A stretch of 64,000 nucleotides of DNA from Auanema rhodensis (lineage: Eukaryota > Animalia > Nematoda). The DNA is taken from NCBI GenBank assembly GCA_964057225.1, contig OZ059896.1:10602001-10666000 (forward strand), read 5' to 3'. The notes beneath the pieces are model-generated. The model was not told the DNA's origin and did no database searches. It worked only from the letters and a program-made list of their open reading frames with translations. Of this stretch, positions 40,135-52,841 are shown piece by piece. Position 1 is the first letter of the stretch. Each line of letters opens with the position of its first letter. The position numbers and the translations under genes were made by a program.

Positions 40135-42137
40135 TTATATATGATTGAAATCTTCGGAAATCACGCATGATTCTGATGGTACTGGTTCATGAGGAAGTGC
40201 ATTACGTCTTGGATAGAATCTGTGGTTTATGCCATATTTCATTAGATTAGGAACGCGACTAGTGTATATATCAGAAAGTCTGTAACAAAATACTAATAAT
40301 TTCTGATTAAATTCATATAATACCTATTCAATCTACGAGAAAAATATGTCATATTAGTATATGTTCTGAACAGGGACCCGAACTGAGGATTGAACAAAGA
40401 TTTTACATCCTCTCTAAATGAAAAGTGAAGCATTAAAACCAATATTTTATTAATTCAGTTGAAAAGGGAAGCAGAATTACCTGATTTGACGTCGTTCTTC
40501 CATCCACTCCTGTAAAATCTCTTTACAGATTGGGTCATTTTTTGCAAAATCTTGATAACGTTCTATAAGCATTGTCAAACTTTCTAACCATTTGATCTGA
40601 TCTCTTAAGGGAAATCGTAACAAAAATTTACAAACAAGAGTTATACCGATAAGCTGTGTCATTCTGTGTTCTAATCTCACGAGCTAGTTCAGGTATAATT
40701 GCTGCCGTGTGCCACCCGAGACTAAAACTACTATTAATTTTGAAAAGCTATAGTAAGAGCTAACCGAAGCATAGGGTCAGCTAAATCAGTATAAATATGA
40801 TCTCCAAAATACAGAACACCCTTGCCATTAAATCCTGCTCTTTGCGACAGTTCGTTAATATTGCCATTTGAATATATGTTTCCAGTCTCCAATGTTTTAA
40901 CTTTACCAAAGTAAAGCGCACTGGTTTTCTCATCATACAGTCTGAACAATTTTTTTGTTGAAAAAATTACTATTTATACCTGAAGGGTTCATTGCGATAA
41001 AAAAATGTTGGTTTTTTAGCAGAAACTACTATATAATTAAAGTATTTTCTCCAGTTTGAGCCAAGCATGTAAGTCATTCCAATGTTTCTATTATAAAGCA
41101 ATAATTTAGAATAACTAAGTATTACCTTACATAAAATTGAATGGACTGTTAGTGACAACAAAAAGTTCTTTCTTATTCTCGCATAAAAATTCTAAATACG
41201 CTTTCAAACCAATATTTGGATGTAAATATTCTGTTATATTCTGTCCAATATGTTCATACATTTGGCCTGTTACGTGTACTTGCTTCACACATTCCTAAAT
41301 ACAATTCTGAATTCCCGTTTAACACATTAACAATCCAACGTACCGCTAAGTCATCATATAAACATTTAGGATCAAATGTTATTTTGTTATTATCAAAATA
41401 TTCTATCACAGTGGAAAGAAGACCAGCCCAAGGAAGAGAGAATAAATCCATTAATTGCGGTAGGTCTCTTCCTAAAACCACTCAGTATAATCAACAACTG
41501 GAACAACATAACCCAACCTTTAACATCCGGGAGGCCGAAGCCATTATAAATTTTTTTGACAACTTCATCTGATAATTTCTTCTTTCCTCGGTATACTGTC
41601 CCTTTTTGAATTTGGGAAAATGCATCAACTTTCAAGAAGCAACTATTTTGAATGTCAAAGTGTAGGCCTCTGATAGCAAAGGACATATCATATACAATGT
41701 CATTAATACCTTTAGGATACTAAAAATAACTTATGTTTGTTTTACCGGTGATACATACCTTAAACTGGTCAATAAGTCTTTCTGCAGCCAATTTATAAAT
41801 CAAATTGTTCAATTCGCGTGTATAAACTGCCAAAGTATAATCATAATCAAAACCATAGACCTAAAGCACGCGCATAAGATTATCAACATTTTATTTCATA
41901 GTACATCAATATCTTGTAGTGATAACTCGTTATTCACAAAAACTGCCCGCGGGTCTATAACTTGCTTTGAATTGCCATGAAAGCATATCTAAGAAAAACT
42001 GATATATATCCAACAAAAACCTAAAGCTTTACCGTTTTCGCTACTTTATAAACATTTCTCAAAGATGCTCCATTGGATGAACAATAGCTCCGTTTTATTA
42101 TCGACTTTACAACCGATATCCTCATGTGCCTTATCAT
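40135..42137 (-). CDS. 5'-nucleotidase domain-containing protein (NT5DC2/3-like HAD hydrolase)
   Basis: VFVNNELSL...DVYGFDYDYTLAVY (HAD motif I DxDxT), FAIRGLHFD, LFVVTNSP, VLYFGDHIYTDL, GWHTAAIIPEL, FGSLFRT, FYPRRNALPHE. The Arg/Ser-rich N-terminus resembles a mitochondrial transit peptide. Confidence 0.92.
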
Positions 42138-42285
42138 AACTTTAAATGGTAAAAAAAGGTAAAATATATTCCAATGCGTTTGCAGCTATTATGAATAAAT
42201 AGAAAAAATAGATAAGCATCTTTTTCAACATAAACTCAACAATATAACAATAACAACAAAATTTTAAAAAACATTAGTGAAACTT

Positions 42286-42776
42286 CTACTTGGTTTCTTC
42301 TTTTGCGGTAGTATCATTAGTATCCATACTTACATTAAGGTAGTCTTCATGAGTTACACGAGATTTCTTAGTAATATGCGGGAAATGACCTAAACCACCA
42401 GCAGCTTCTGATTCTTTAATTGTATAGGGGACTTCTTTCAATGTTTTTACTCTATTTTTATGTTGCTGAAAAAACAGTAAATAAAAATGTATTCAAGAAG
42501 TATGAACCTTTGATTTTCTGTGAGCTGCTATAGTTTTTTGATCGACAAAGTATCTTTCGCACTCTATGCAATAAAATTGTCCGTCTCCTGGTAAATCTAA
42601 ATCAATCTGAAAAAAATTGTTTTTTTTTAAAAATATTTATATGAACAAACTTCTTGATTCATCAACTTTGCTGCTTTTTCAGGTTTCAAATCTTCATGAA
42701 TTTGATCAAGATCTTTACCAGGCCTCTTCCGCACCTTGTTGGATATGGTATGTTTCGCGACACTATTGCTAGGCAT
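42286..42776 (-). CDS. ZNF593: C2H2 zinc-finger 60S biogenesis factor ZNF593/Bud20
   Basis: [10 protein letters not shown]...[19 protein letters not shown]...HRKSK...[17 protein letters not shown]. Confidence 0.92.
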
Positions 42777-42914
42777 CTACGAAAAAATATAAATAATAAT
42801 AATAATAACATACTCCAAAGATATAATGTTCAGACAAAACCTTTTTACTAAATAAAAATTACGTGATTATAAACCTTTTATATATACAAAAAATAGATCA
42901 CATAAAAAAAGAGA

Positions 42915-44060
42915 TCAAATTGCACCAACAGCTTCTTTTTCTTTTCCTGTTTCATCCAATCTGTGAGCAGAATGTGATAGAGATAAAGATGTTCCGAGAC
43001 CAAATAAATGCCCTTGGACTACACTGGATACCTGAAGACGAGAGTATGCCCCTATCATTTTAAGCCGAAGCAAATACCTTATCCCAGCAATCTGAGAAAA
43101 ATTGTTGTTTAATTTTAAAAAACGTTTTAGCCGTCAACAAAGCATCAGAACCAGCCTGATGTCTAACACCATGGCGCTTAACATCTAATTGATCAGCAAC
43201 CTTAAAAAATTATAGATTTTAATATTAAAAACCCGTAATGACACTTACTTCTTGCAATCCACCCTTCAATTTTGCATTTACACAACCAGGCATTTTCAAT
43301 AATAGCTTGATATCGTAACATCTTGGGAATAAAGCTCGATGAAAATAGAAAAACTGTGTTTCCTAGAAATAAATTTACATAATATTAAAACAAGTAGAAG
43401 AAGAGAAGCATACTTCTTTAGGTAGTTCTCCTAATGTTATCGACTTTAATAAATAACCAAAATCATATCCCGACGAAAAGGTAAGCCACGTGATTCGTTC
43501 ATCAACGATCAATCCAGAAGTTGTAAGTAATTCACCAAAATCATCCATGGTGATACCATCGGTCTAAACTTATTTATTATAATACAGAAGAGTTAATCTT
43601 ACCTGTAGCTTATTGAAATCAATTCCTGCAGCTCTTAGCATATCGACACTTTCTTGCGAATACATATCATCATTTAAAGAGAAATTAAAGTTAAACTGCC
43701 ATACATCACCAGTAGCTGGTAGTTCACCTTTATCATTAACCAAAGCAAAACCAACCTAAGATAAAAAAGAAAAATAAATAAGAAATACATTGCGAATATA
43801 CTTGAATAAGCTTCAACATGTTAACATTGCATGATACTTGCTGATAATTAAAGTCTTCTTTACTTTTGAAAGTACCTAATGGTGTTGCAACAACTCCAGG
43901 AAACTCAGTATCCATAGCCACAAAAGGATAATCCTTCAAAAGAGAAAATTATGCGAATAAAGCCAAAATCTAAAACCTCAATCAATGCTCTCATTTTTGC
44001 AAATTCCTCTTCCATATTATGTTTCCACACATCGTGGATACGAACTTCAGGAGCTCCCAT
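42915..44060 (-). CDS. ccf-1: CCR4-NOT deadenylase CAF1/CNOT7/8 (DEDD family)
   Basis: IHDVWKHNMEEEF, YPFVAMDTEFPGVVATPLG, NVNMLKLIQVG, WQFNFNF, WLTFSSGYDFGYL, KGGLQEVADQL, HQAGSDALLT. Confidence 0.96.
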
Positions 44061-44383
44061 AATGTTTGATGTAAATTTTAAAGCTTAAATTTACTCAATA
44101 ACAAAAGAATGATTTCCAGGTACCAATAAATGTTTTCTGTACGCACGCGATCATTTGCAGTAGAATTTTGCTTTAATAGTCCTACCACGCTCAATTGTCG
44201 CACTGCAAATATTTGGCACACTGCCCGACTAAAAGATGTCCAAGTTCAGTCGACACTGCGTGTACGTTGGTATACTTTGGATTAGTTAATTTGCTCATTC
44301 TTCTTAATTGTTCGCTCTATTCTATCCACCTTTTGCTTCTTCTTATTTATATATTCAAATAAGATTTTAATTGTAGGGTTAAA
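44061..44383. promoter_or_regulatory. Bidirectional promoter between ccf-1 and trap-4
   Basis: About 320 bp between divergent ATGs. GC-richer core with CGCACGCG and three CACTGC copies (44201, 44219, 44254); acceptor-like sites upstream of both ATGs. Confidence 0.65.
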
Positions 44384-45124
44384 ATGATGCGATTCTTGGT
44401 CTTCTCTGCTCTTGTTGCTGTTGCTTTTGGTTAGTTTCTTTAGTTTATTCAACATAGATGCAGATACAAGTATATACAAATATTAGTGTATATTATTATA
44501 ATTATTCTAGCTGGAAAATGTGAATCTCCCAAGCACTCTGCTTCTTCTTTCTCCACTACTGATGGGTTCTACCATTTCCATACTACTTTCATCACTGAGT
44601 TCACCCTTCAATGCAGCAATAATGTTAAGGTTTTTCTGTGATTTATTATTTTTTTTTAACTGTTTTGCTTAGAATCTTCCTTTCTTCGCTGTTGTCAACA
44701 ACAAGATCATCAACGTAGCCGTCTCTGAGGAAACATCTAAATACCAGGTTTATTTATTGTTTATTATTGTTTTTTTATATAATTCATTCTAGGTTTCTTG
44801 GGCCCAAGAACACGAGAAGTCCGGTTCTCAAACCTTCCAAGTTAACATTTACGATGAAGACGGAATTGCTGCTTACAAGAAGGTATGTGTATATAAAATA
44901 TAATTTTGAATTTATTTTTGTACTTTCAGAACTCTGCTGCCAAGCCTCTTTTCACCATCGAGCACAACCATCCCGTATGGAAAAAATATTATTTTAGTAT
45001 TAATTAATTTTCTTTATAGGGACTTAGCCGTAAATCTCCAATCTCCTCTGAGACCGTTGCTCTTCTCATCGCTGGTGCTGCTTTGTATTACGCTGTTAAG
45101 CAAAAGTCCGAAATCGCTCATTAA
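44384..45124 (+). CDS. trap-4: Translocon-associated protein delta (SSR4)
   Basis: Signal peptide, then [17 protein letters not shown]...[21 protein letters not shown]...[17 protein letters not shown] and [17 protein letters not shown] (TM). Confidence 0.92.
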
Positions 45125-45343
45125 ACCTTTTATTTAAATATTACTTTCAATTTTATCTATACCAAGGTAATTTATTGTTTTTTAGTTATTATCATTAATA
45201 CAGGTGTTGTTTTAATATTAAAAAAAATGTGATAAATAAAATTTCCATTGTAATTTTGAATTGTGAGATTTGTTATGTAGGCTCTTAACCTTGAATGTCT
45301 GTACAATCCATGTTATCACGTATATGGAGTTAGCTCATAATAG

Positions 45344-46409
45344 ATGATTGGAGCGTCCTTGGTTCGATGTACCGTACTCGGGTTCAGATCTGTTAATAGG
45401 CTTGGTGTAACTAGTGGTGGAATAGAAGCGTTCAGTTCGGGATTTTCTAAATATTCTAATTTAAACCAAACAAGATATTTACATTCTACTGTTCCAAAAT
45501 TAAATAGTGAACCATCTGGTACTGATGAATCTAAGGTTTCTTATTTTTGGAATAAAATGTTGGAATATATTTATTAAGAAATCAAAATGGCCTTTTCATT
45601 TGACAATGACAGATGAACAGAAAAAACAAAAAGAACAAAAAATTAAAGAAATGAAGGAGGTTCGTCTGAGAAATTACTAAAATTTTTAATTAATTACATT
45701 AAAGGAAGAAACTCCCAAAACTATTTTTGCTAAAGTTAAATACTATTTTAAAAGATATTGGTATATAGCCGTGCCTGCGCATATGATATCGTGCACTTCC
45801 TGGCTTGCAGCCTTTTATCTTATTGTTCGAAGGTGAAGTTCCTACTTTATTATCAATATTAAGATAATTTTTCAGCGGTGTTGATGTTATAGCTTTACTT
45901 GAAACTCTTCATGTGCCCTCCACATTAGTAGAAAAAATAAAAAATACACCTCCCAGTGCTGGTACATTTGTAATAGCATTCTTATTATATAAGGTAGGTT
46001 AAGTTTTTTCTTTTTTTTTTGTGTGAATTTATAATTTAATACTGAAAATTTGAATTGATTAGATAGCAATTCCTTTACGTTATGCAACTACATTGGTATT
46101 GATTCAATCAACATTTTGGACTTTACGTCGAATGGGTAAACTTCCCACTGCTCGGGAGGTTGAGTATAAAGTTAGTTTTAATTTGTATATTTTTCTTTTA
46201 ATTTCGTACTTTAGGTACGAACTGAATATGAATTAAGAAAGATGTATGGAAGAAAGATATACAGGTTGGAAAGACTTACACGTTTATATAATATAATGAT
46301 TACATTACTATTAAGATATCGTAATCTTGGTGTTCGAGATATCGAAAGAAAACATTCACAGCAGACCCTACGTAAATATGGAAGTTCATCTAAAAATTAC
46401 CAACCGTAG
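45344..46409 (+). CDS. FAM210-like DUF1279 mitochondrial membrane protein
   Basis: Transit-peptide-like N-terminus; KVKYYFKRYWYIAVPAH...GVDVIALLE...AGTFVIAFLLYKIAIPLRYATTL. Confidence 0.85.
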
Positions 46410-46708
46410 ATCATTCCTGATTAGTAGTAGTTGACAACTCGCTAGTATGCAGAATTTAAATTTATTTTCTGGTCACAAATTCTAATTGTTAATTTTGAAT
46501 TTTTTTGTTGATTCGTTTGTTATAAGACCGTAAGTTATTGATTCACATTGTCTCATGTTTTATTTTATTTGTACATATAAATATATATTTAAATGATAGC
46601 TTATTTCAGTATTTTTTCAAAGTAGTTTTCATCTGCATTATTTTGTTGTTGCATTTTCTACTTATGCTTTATTTTTTTGTTAAGAAATAAATTTGTTTCA
46701 GACGTTTT

Positions 46709-48714
46709 ATGATTTCGATCTTCAATAGTATAATTAGGAGAACCATGTCATCTCATACTAGTCAGAAATCAATGGTTTTATTTCATTAAAAGAACAGTAT
46801 TCACTATTTTTCTTGGTTCAGATTGCTGTTTGTCAAATGACAGCAGATAATAATTTAGAAGATAACTTTAATATATGCAAATCAATGGTTGAAAGAGCTG
46901 CTGAACAAAAATGCAAGGTATAAAAACCGTGAAATTCAATGAATATACATATATCAGATGATTTTCTTCCCCGAGTGCTTTGATTTCATCGGTAGAACTA
47001 AAGAAGAACAAATCAGTTTGGCTAATTCTGATGAATCACCCTTTGTGCAAAAATATAGGTAGTCTTATTCAGTTTAGATATGTTCTTGTAATGGTTTGGT
47101 TGTAGAGATCTGGCTAAGCAAAACAATATTTGGCTCTCGTTGGGAGGTTTACATCATAAAGTAGGTTAAGATTTTCAATCAAGCTATATATTTCAAAAAG
47201 GATGATAACTTGATGCCGTGGAACACTCATTTGGTGATTGATAATGATGGAGTTACTCGAGCAAAGTACCATAAACTTCATCTGTTTGATTTGGAAATTC
47301 CAGGAAAAGTACAAACATTATTTTTTTTTTGTTTAATTTTCGAACTATAGGTCAGATTAATGGAAAGTGAATTCAGTAAAGCTGGTGTAAAAGTAATTTG
47401 AAAAAAAATTTGTTTTTCATTCATGATACTAATAGATGATACCTCCTGTTGAAACACCAATTGGAAAATTGGGATTGTCTATCTGTTATGATCTCAGATT
47501 TCCCGAATTGGGTCTTTGGAATAGGAGAAAAGGCGCTCAGGTGCTTTCATACCCCTCTGCATTCACTCTAAATACAGGATTGGCTCACTGGGAGGTCAGT
47601 GGAAATTCAGAACATAGGAAAATAACATTTTTAAGGCTCTTTTGCGGGCTAGAGCTATTGAAACGCAATGTTATGTTGTGGCTGCTGCTCAAACTGGAAA
47701 ACATAATGATAAAAGAATGTCTTATGGTCATGCCATGATTGTTGATCCTTGGGGTGCTGTAGTTGCACAATGTTCTGAAAGAGTTGGTAAAGCTAATTTT
47801 TGAAACTAACAAGTTTCTAATTTCTCTTTTGTAGGAATGTGTTTCGCAGAAGTAGATCTATCATACGTTGATGAACTTCGTCAAATGCAGCCAGTGTTTA
47901 GTCACAGGCGAAATGATCTGTACTCTTTGAATGTAAATGAAATTGATGAAGGTAAAATATTGTTTTATTCATTGTTTTCATGAAATAGGTTTTTTTTAAT
48001 ATCTCTGAAGTACTATTGGATCTTTCAGAATAATAAGAATTTTGAAACAAATTTTTTAATTCATTAATTGAATTGTGACTGTTTTAGATGAATCTCCCTT
48101 GATGTTCTCCACGATTTCAATAGCTCCTTCTTGTATTTTCTTCCGATCTGCTCACTCCTTTGCCTTCGTAAATTTGAAGCCAGTCGTGGAAGGACGTGAG
48201 TTTTCCTTTACTGTTTCATTCACAGAAGTAATTTCAGATGTATTGGTTAGCCCAAAAAAAGTTCATCTTAAATTAACTGAGTTGAGTGATGAAGAAACAG
48301 CTGACCTCTTTGTAACAGCTAAAAAGGTTCAGAGAATGTTGGAAAAGGTTAAACTAAGTGCATGAACAAAAATACTATTATTATATTTAGCACTATGGTG
48401 TTAACTCTATGACTGTTTGTGTACAAGATGGTGTTGATGCTGGTCAGACAGTTAACGTAAAAGAAGTTGAAAACAATAAGTAATTATTTTCTATTCAGCA
48501 TGTTCATGTTCATATTCTACCTCGACGTTCTGGGGATTTTGAATCTTCTCAAAATGAGTTTTATAAAGCCCTTAAAGACCATGATAGGTAATTATTATAA
48601 TTTGTAAGTTAGTTAATTAATTATTTTTTCAGAGATCCTGAGCGTAAACCTCGTAATGAAAATGAGATGAGCACGGAAGCTAGTGTTTATAGAAAAAACA
48701 TGCATGAACTATAG
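46709..48714 (+). CDS. nft-1: NitFhit fusion protein (Nit1 nitrilase-family amidase plus Fhit HIT hydrolase)
   Basis: [24 protein letters not shown] and [13 protein letters not shown] (E-K-C triad), [17 protein letters not shown]; then [21 protein letters not shown] and HIT motif HVHVHILPR. Confidence 0.96.
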
Positions 48715-50165
48715 TCAGTTTCGAACAATTTTGCTAAAAAAACTCTATTGTTCTATTAGTACAGGTTTTATGAATATTTGCCATTTCCTTGTAATTAAAA
48801 GATTATTCAGTAAAGTTGAACTTCATGCCCTTCTAAGATATGTATTCATTTTTTGAATTTGTATTTTCACTCAATTCATCACTGCAACTTGCTAAATATA
48901 GAACGGAATTCGAAAGAAGATAGAGAAAAATGTTCATGAAATGATTGGCTATTAAGTATTAGCTGTGAGAGAAGAGGAAATGTGATAATGCGGGTCGGGC
49001 AAATCTTTAAAAACGAAGGAGTAGATACAATTATACTTTAAGTCTTCGGTCTACACCAACTCATTATAGAAGTTGTTTCAATTTGAAAATACGAATATCA
49101 TTACGTCGAATAAAACTTGGGATGAGAGTCAAAAAAATTGTCCTTTGATCTATAATTCTAAAGATTTTTCACTCATTATTTCATTTTTTGAGTGATACCA
49201 AAGATTAGCAATGAAATTTGTGGTTTATACGTATGATGCAGAAGTTGGTTATGATCGATGTGAGCATAACACAAAAGTAACAACTGACACGTTATCATAA
49301 TAACTTTGGTGAATTTTTCAAAATTAAAAGTATTGTTTGTAGAGATTCAGCCCTTTCCGTCCACTTCTAGAAAATTTACTTTAATTTCATTTACGGAAAT
49401 TCATCTATAAACTGTTATAAAATTTAAAACCTTTTCATAACATACTTAAATGAAAACAAAATAAAGCCGGAAATCAGAAGATGAGGCCAAAGAAGATTAG
49501 ATAACCCTCCAAGCAATGTTTATCATCGATTATATAAACTTATAACAACATAATGAAATTGCACTTTGCGCATTAAGCTTTGTTTAATCAACTTTGTCTA
49601 TTAAAGCATATTAATAGTTTATATGCTAAAAGTACAGACTTTAAAAAAATATGCAAAGCTATCAGTATATATGATATATGTATTTATATATATTTATATA
49701 TATATATCTATGTATATATTTTTAATTTATTCGTACATTTATCATGATTTGTTATTTTTATTCAGTTTTGTTTTTCACTTATTTTATTGAAACAATAGAA
49801 AATTGTTAACTAGACTAATTGCACTTTATCTTTTGTTCAGAAAACATTTTCTACCTTTTTGTTAGATTAGAAAATAAAAATTAGTATAACATATGCTGAA
49901 AGTGATAGATCTTGAGTTGTTAGAAGGAAATATTAAAGATGTAATTATACAAAAGATTATAAGATATGTTAATCATTTATTGATATTTAGTAATTAGACT
50001 TATATACATTGAACTATTAATATGACCAAAAAGTAATTGATAATACGTGATACTAAAACAAGATTAACTATAAATAATTTTAATAAAAATATAATTTCTA
50101 ATATTTCTTCATATAAATTTAGACTTATAGGTATCACTTATTATATAACTTTTTGATAAATGTGA

Positions 50166-50196
<31 letters not shown>

Positions 50197-52199
50197 GAAG
50201 TATTAGGTATTAATAAAATAAGTTAAAATATTCCAATATAATTTATTTTATACCTAAATAGTTATTGAATATATGTATGTATAATTTGAAAATAGCTGTT
50301 TTGAGAAATAAAATCTAATGTTTTACTAGATGATATGATCATCGACGTCGCTATGGGTAACAAGCTTCATAGCACATTCAGACTTTTCATCAGGTTATGT
50401 CTAATGCTTGCTCATATTCTTCAAATTCATATATATATATATATGTATTATATTATATATGTGTATTACATATATATCAAACTGTTTTGTTACTGTGAGA
50501 AAAGTCAATGTTACTCAAAACTTTTTTCATCTTGTTATCACCAAAATATTGACTTCGTATAGTATTATTTAGAATTATTATTTTTCATTTTCATCATAAT
50601 TAGTTTGTTTTGTATGAAAAAAAAAACTATTTTTCCAATAATATCTAAAAAAAATTTCCATTCTATAAATTGCAGTGAAAATTGAAGGAAATTCATATAA
50701 TTGCTTAACTACAACTTTATGATATTGTTACCTTCTCAACCGACGATTGCTGAGATGTGCACTATAAAACGAAGATTTTTGGCTAATTGGAAAGAAATAT
50801 TCTTCGTTTTCTCTATTTTTAGAAATTAAATTTGACTGAAAAATGAATACAAGCTAGCCATTCAATATTATATGTTATCTCAAATGACCAGAAAGAAAAT
50901 GGAATAGAAAAATATAAATTTATTGGTTATATAAGACTTCTTCATAACTTGTATTTTATATAAAAAAATAGATTATAACATCAATTATTTTATTTTTTGA
51001 AGTTTAATTTAAAAGTATTTATTAATTTTCTTTTGTATCTATTAGACATTATGCAAAATAATATGAATACTATGCAATATATATTATATTTAAACAAAAA
51101 ATTAAAGTTAATAGAGAAGTATTTGAATATAATGATAAAGATGATCGAGTTTCACCAAAAAAATGTTTTGATTTTAAAAAGAAAAGACATGATCTGTTGG
51201 CTTTTTGACAGGTGTGGTGTTCTGATTTTGATGTGTTTTTCTTTGAAATTTTGTAAACATGCAATACGAGCTATGAACAGCCTTTATACCGTCAAAGTAT
51301 TCTTCTTTTTTTTTTACTTTAAGGTTTCCTGAAAAACTAATAGAAAACCAATATTATCAGAGCCATACATCTTTTCTTCAAAGTTGTTTTTCTCACAATG
51401 TAAGATTAGTTAGATATTTTTGTGATTTTTGTACTTTTCATATTCATTTTTGATATGAATAAATCTGTTGTTCAGTGACATAATTATAAAATGTTTTCGT
51501 ATTAGGCCATTTTTATTTTAAAAACATTCATGAACTTCAAATCAATTTTTCTGTTTAGTGAAGATGAAAATCAAATCTTCATATTATCATTTATGTAATA
51601 TAAATTCAAATAATGAATCTCATTTCAAACGTAATTAACTTGATTTTGCATTGTCAGTTTACTTTCTACTTGGGAAAACTGATGAATTCATTTCTTATCT
51701 TTCAAGTAGTTATAAGCACAGCATTTGTATCCATAGAGACAAGCTAAGATTAACTTAGCTTATCTTTTACATCCGTCTTTCAAGTGAAGTCTGCTTTTCT
51801 TAAGACACAAAATTTTATAATTTAATTTTCCATAAGAAATTCTATCAAGATTTCTTCTTTTTTTTCTGAATTTTTATCTTTTACGCTTTTGTATATTTTT
51901 TTTTGAGGAAAAACAATTAAAAGTTTGCATCAAAGATATATTCAATCGATTGGAAACATTAAATTCTCGAACAGTAAAACACGAAAGCCTTCTTCACAAT
52001 CAATCAGTCCCTGTCATTGTTGAATTCCGTGGAGAATAACTGATGAGCATTTGGAATAAAATGAACAAAAAATGAATGAAAGATTCAAAAGAAAACAGTT
52101 AAAAAAAGTTTTTTTTTTGAAATATATACTTCATTTATCATGATAACACTTATTTAACTTGATACTTTTGATCAAAAGAAGCACAAATGAGATGAAAAC

Positions 52200-52370
52200 G
52201 AGGGAGAGAGATACACCATCGGGTGACAAACTATGAAATGGGCGGAGTCTATGGGCCAATATGGGCGGTACATAGGATGCCGGCCTGGGGTGGGGGGAGG
52301 AGGACCGGTTCAGTCAACCCCTCTCGACAAGTCTTCAACACACGCGTGGTTAACGGTTTGAAAGAAACCG
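52200..52370 (+). promoter_or_regulatory. GC-rich promoter-like island upstream of the Shisa-like gene
   Basis: Two GGGCGG boxes flanking CCAAT plus a G-tract, in ~25% GC surroundings, about 400 bp upstream of the TTTTTCAG acceptor near 52720. Confidence 0.45.
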
Positions 52371-52654
52371 ATGTTTTTGTTCCTATATTGTATTGTTTTT
52401 ATTTTATTTTTATATTTCCTCTATATTTATAATTAAGATTTTAACTATAATATTATTATTTTGCTAAATTTTAGATTTGGACAATTTATCCTTTTTTTAA
52501 TTTTAAAAGTCGATTTAAAACATTTGATTTCTGTATTTATATCATTAAATTTGAATTATTGCAATATATTTTTTAAAAAAATATATCGTTGTACTCAATT
52601 ATATTTTATATATCTCTATATCTATATCTTTCTCTTTCTTTTTCTCTCTCTTTC

Positions 52655-52687
<33 letters not shown>

Positions 52688-52841
52688 CTATGTGTATATA
52701 TCTTCGCCTTTCATATTTTTCAGAATAACATTCATTAGTCAACGGATTGTCTGTTTTGATTCTGAATCCTACTAAGCTACGACACACTACTCATAACGAA
52801 ATTGTCGTATTCTTACATTTACTATATTCACCTATTCAACT

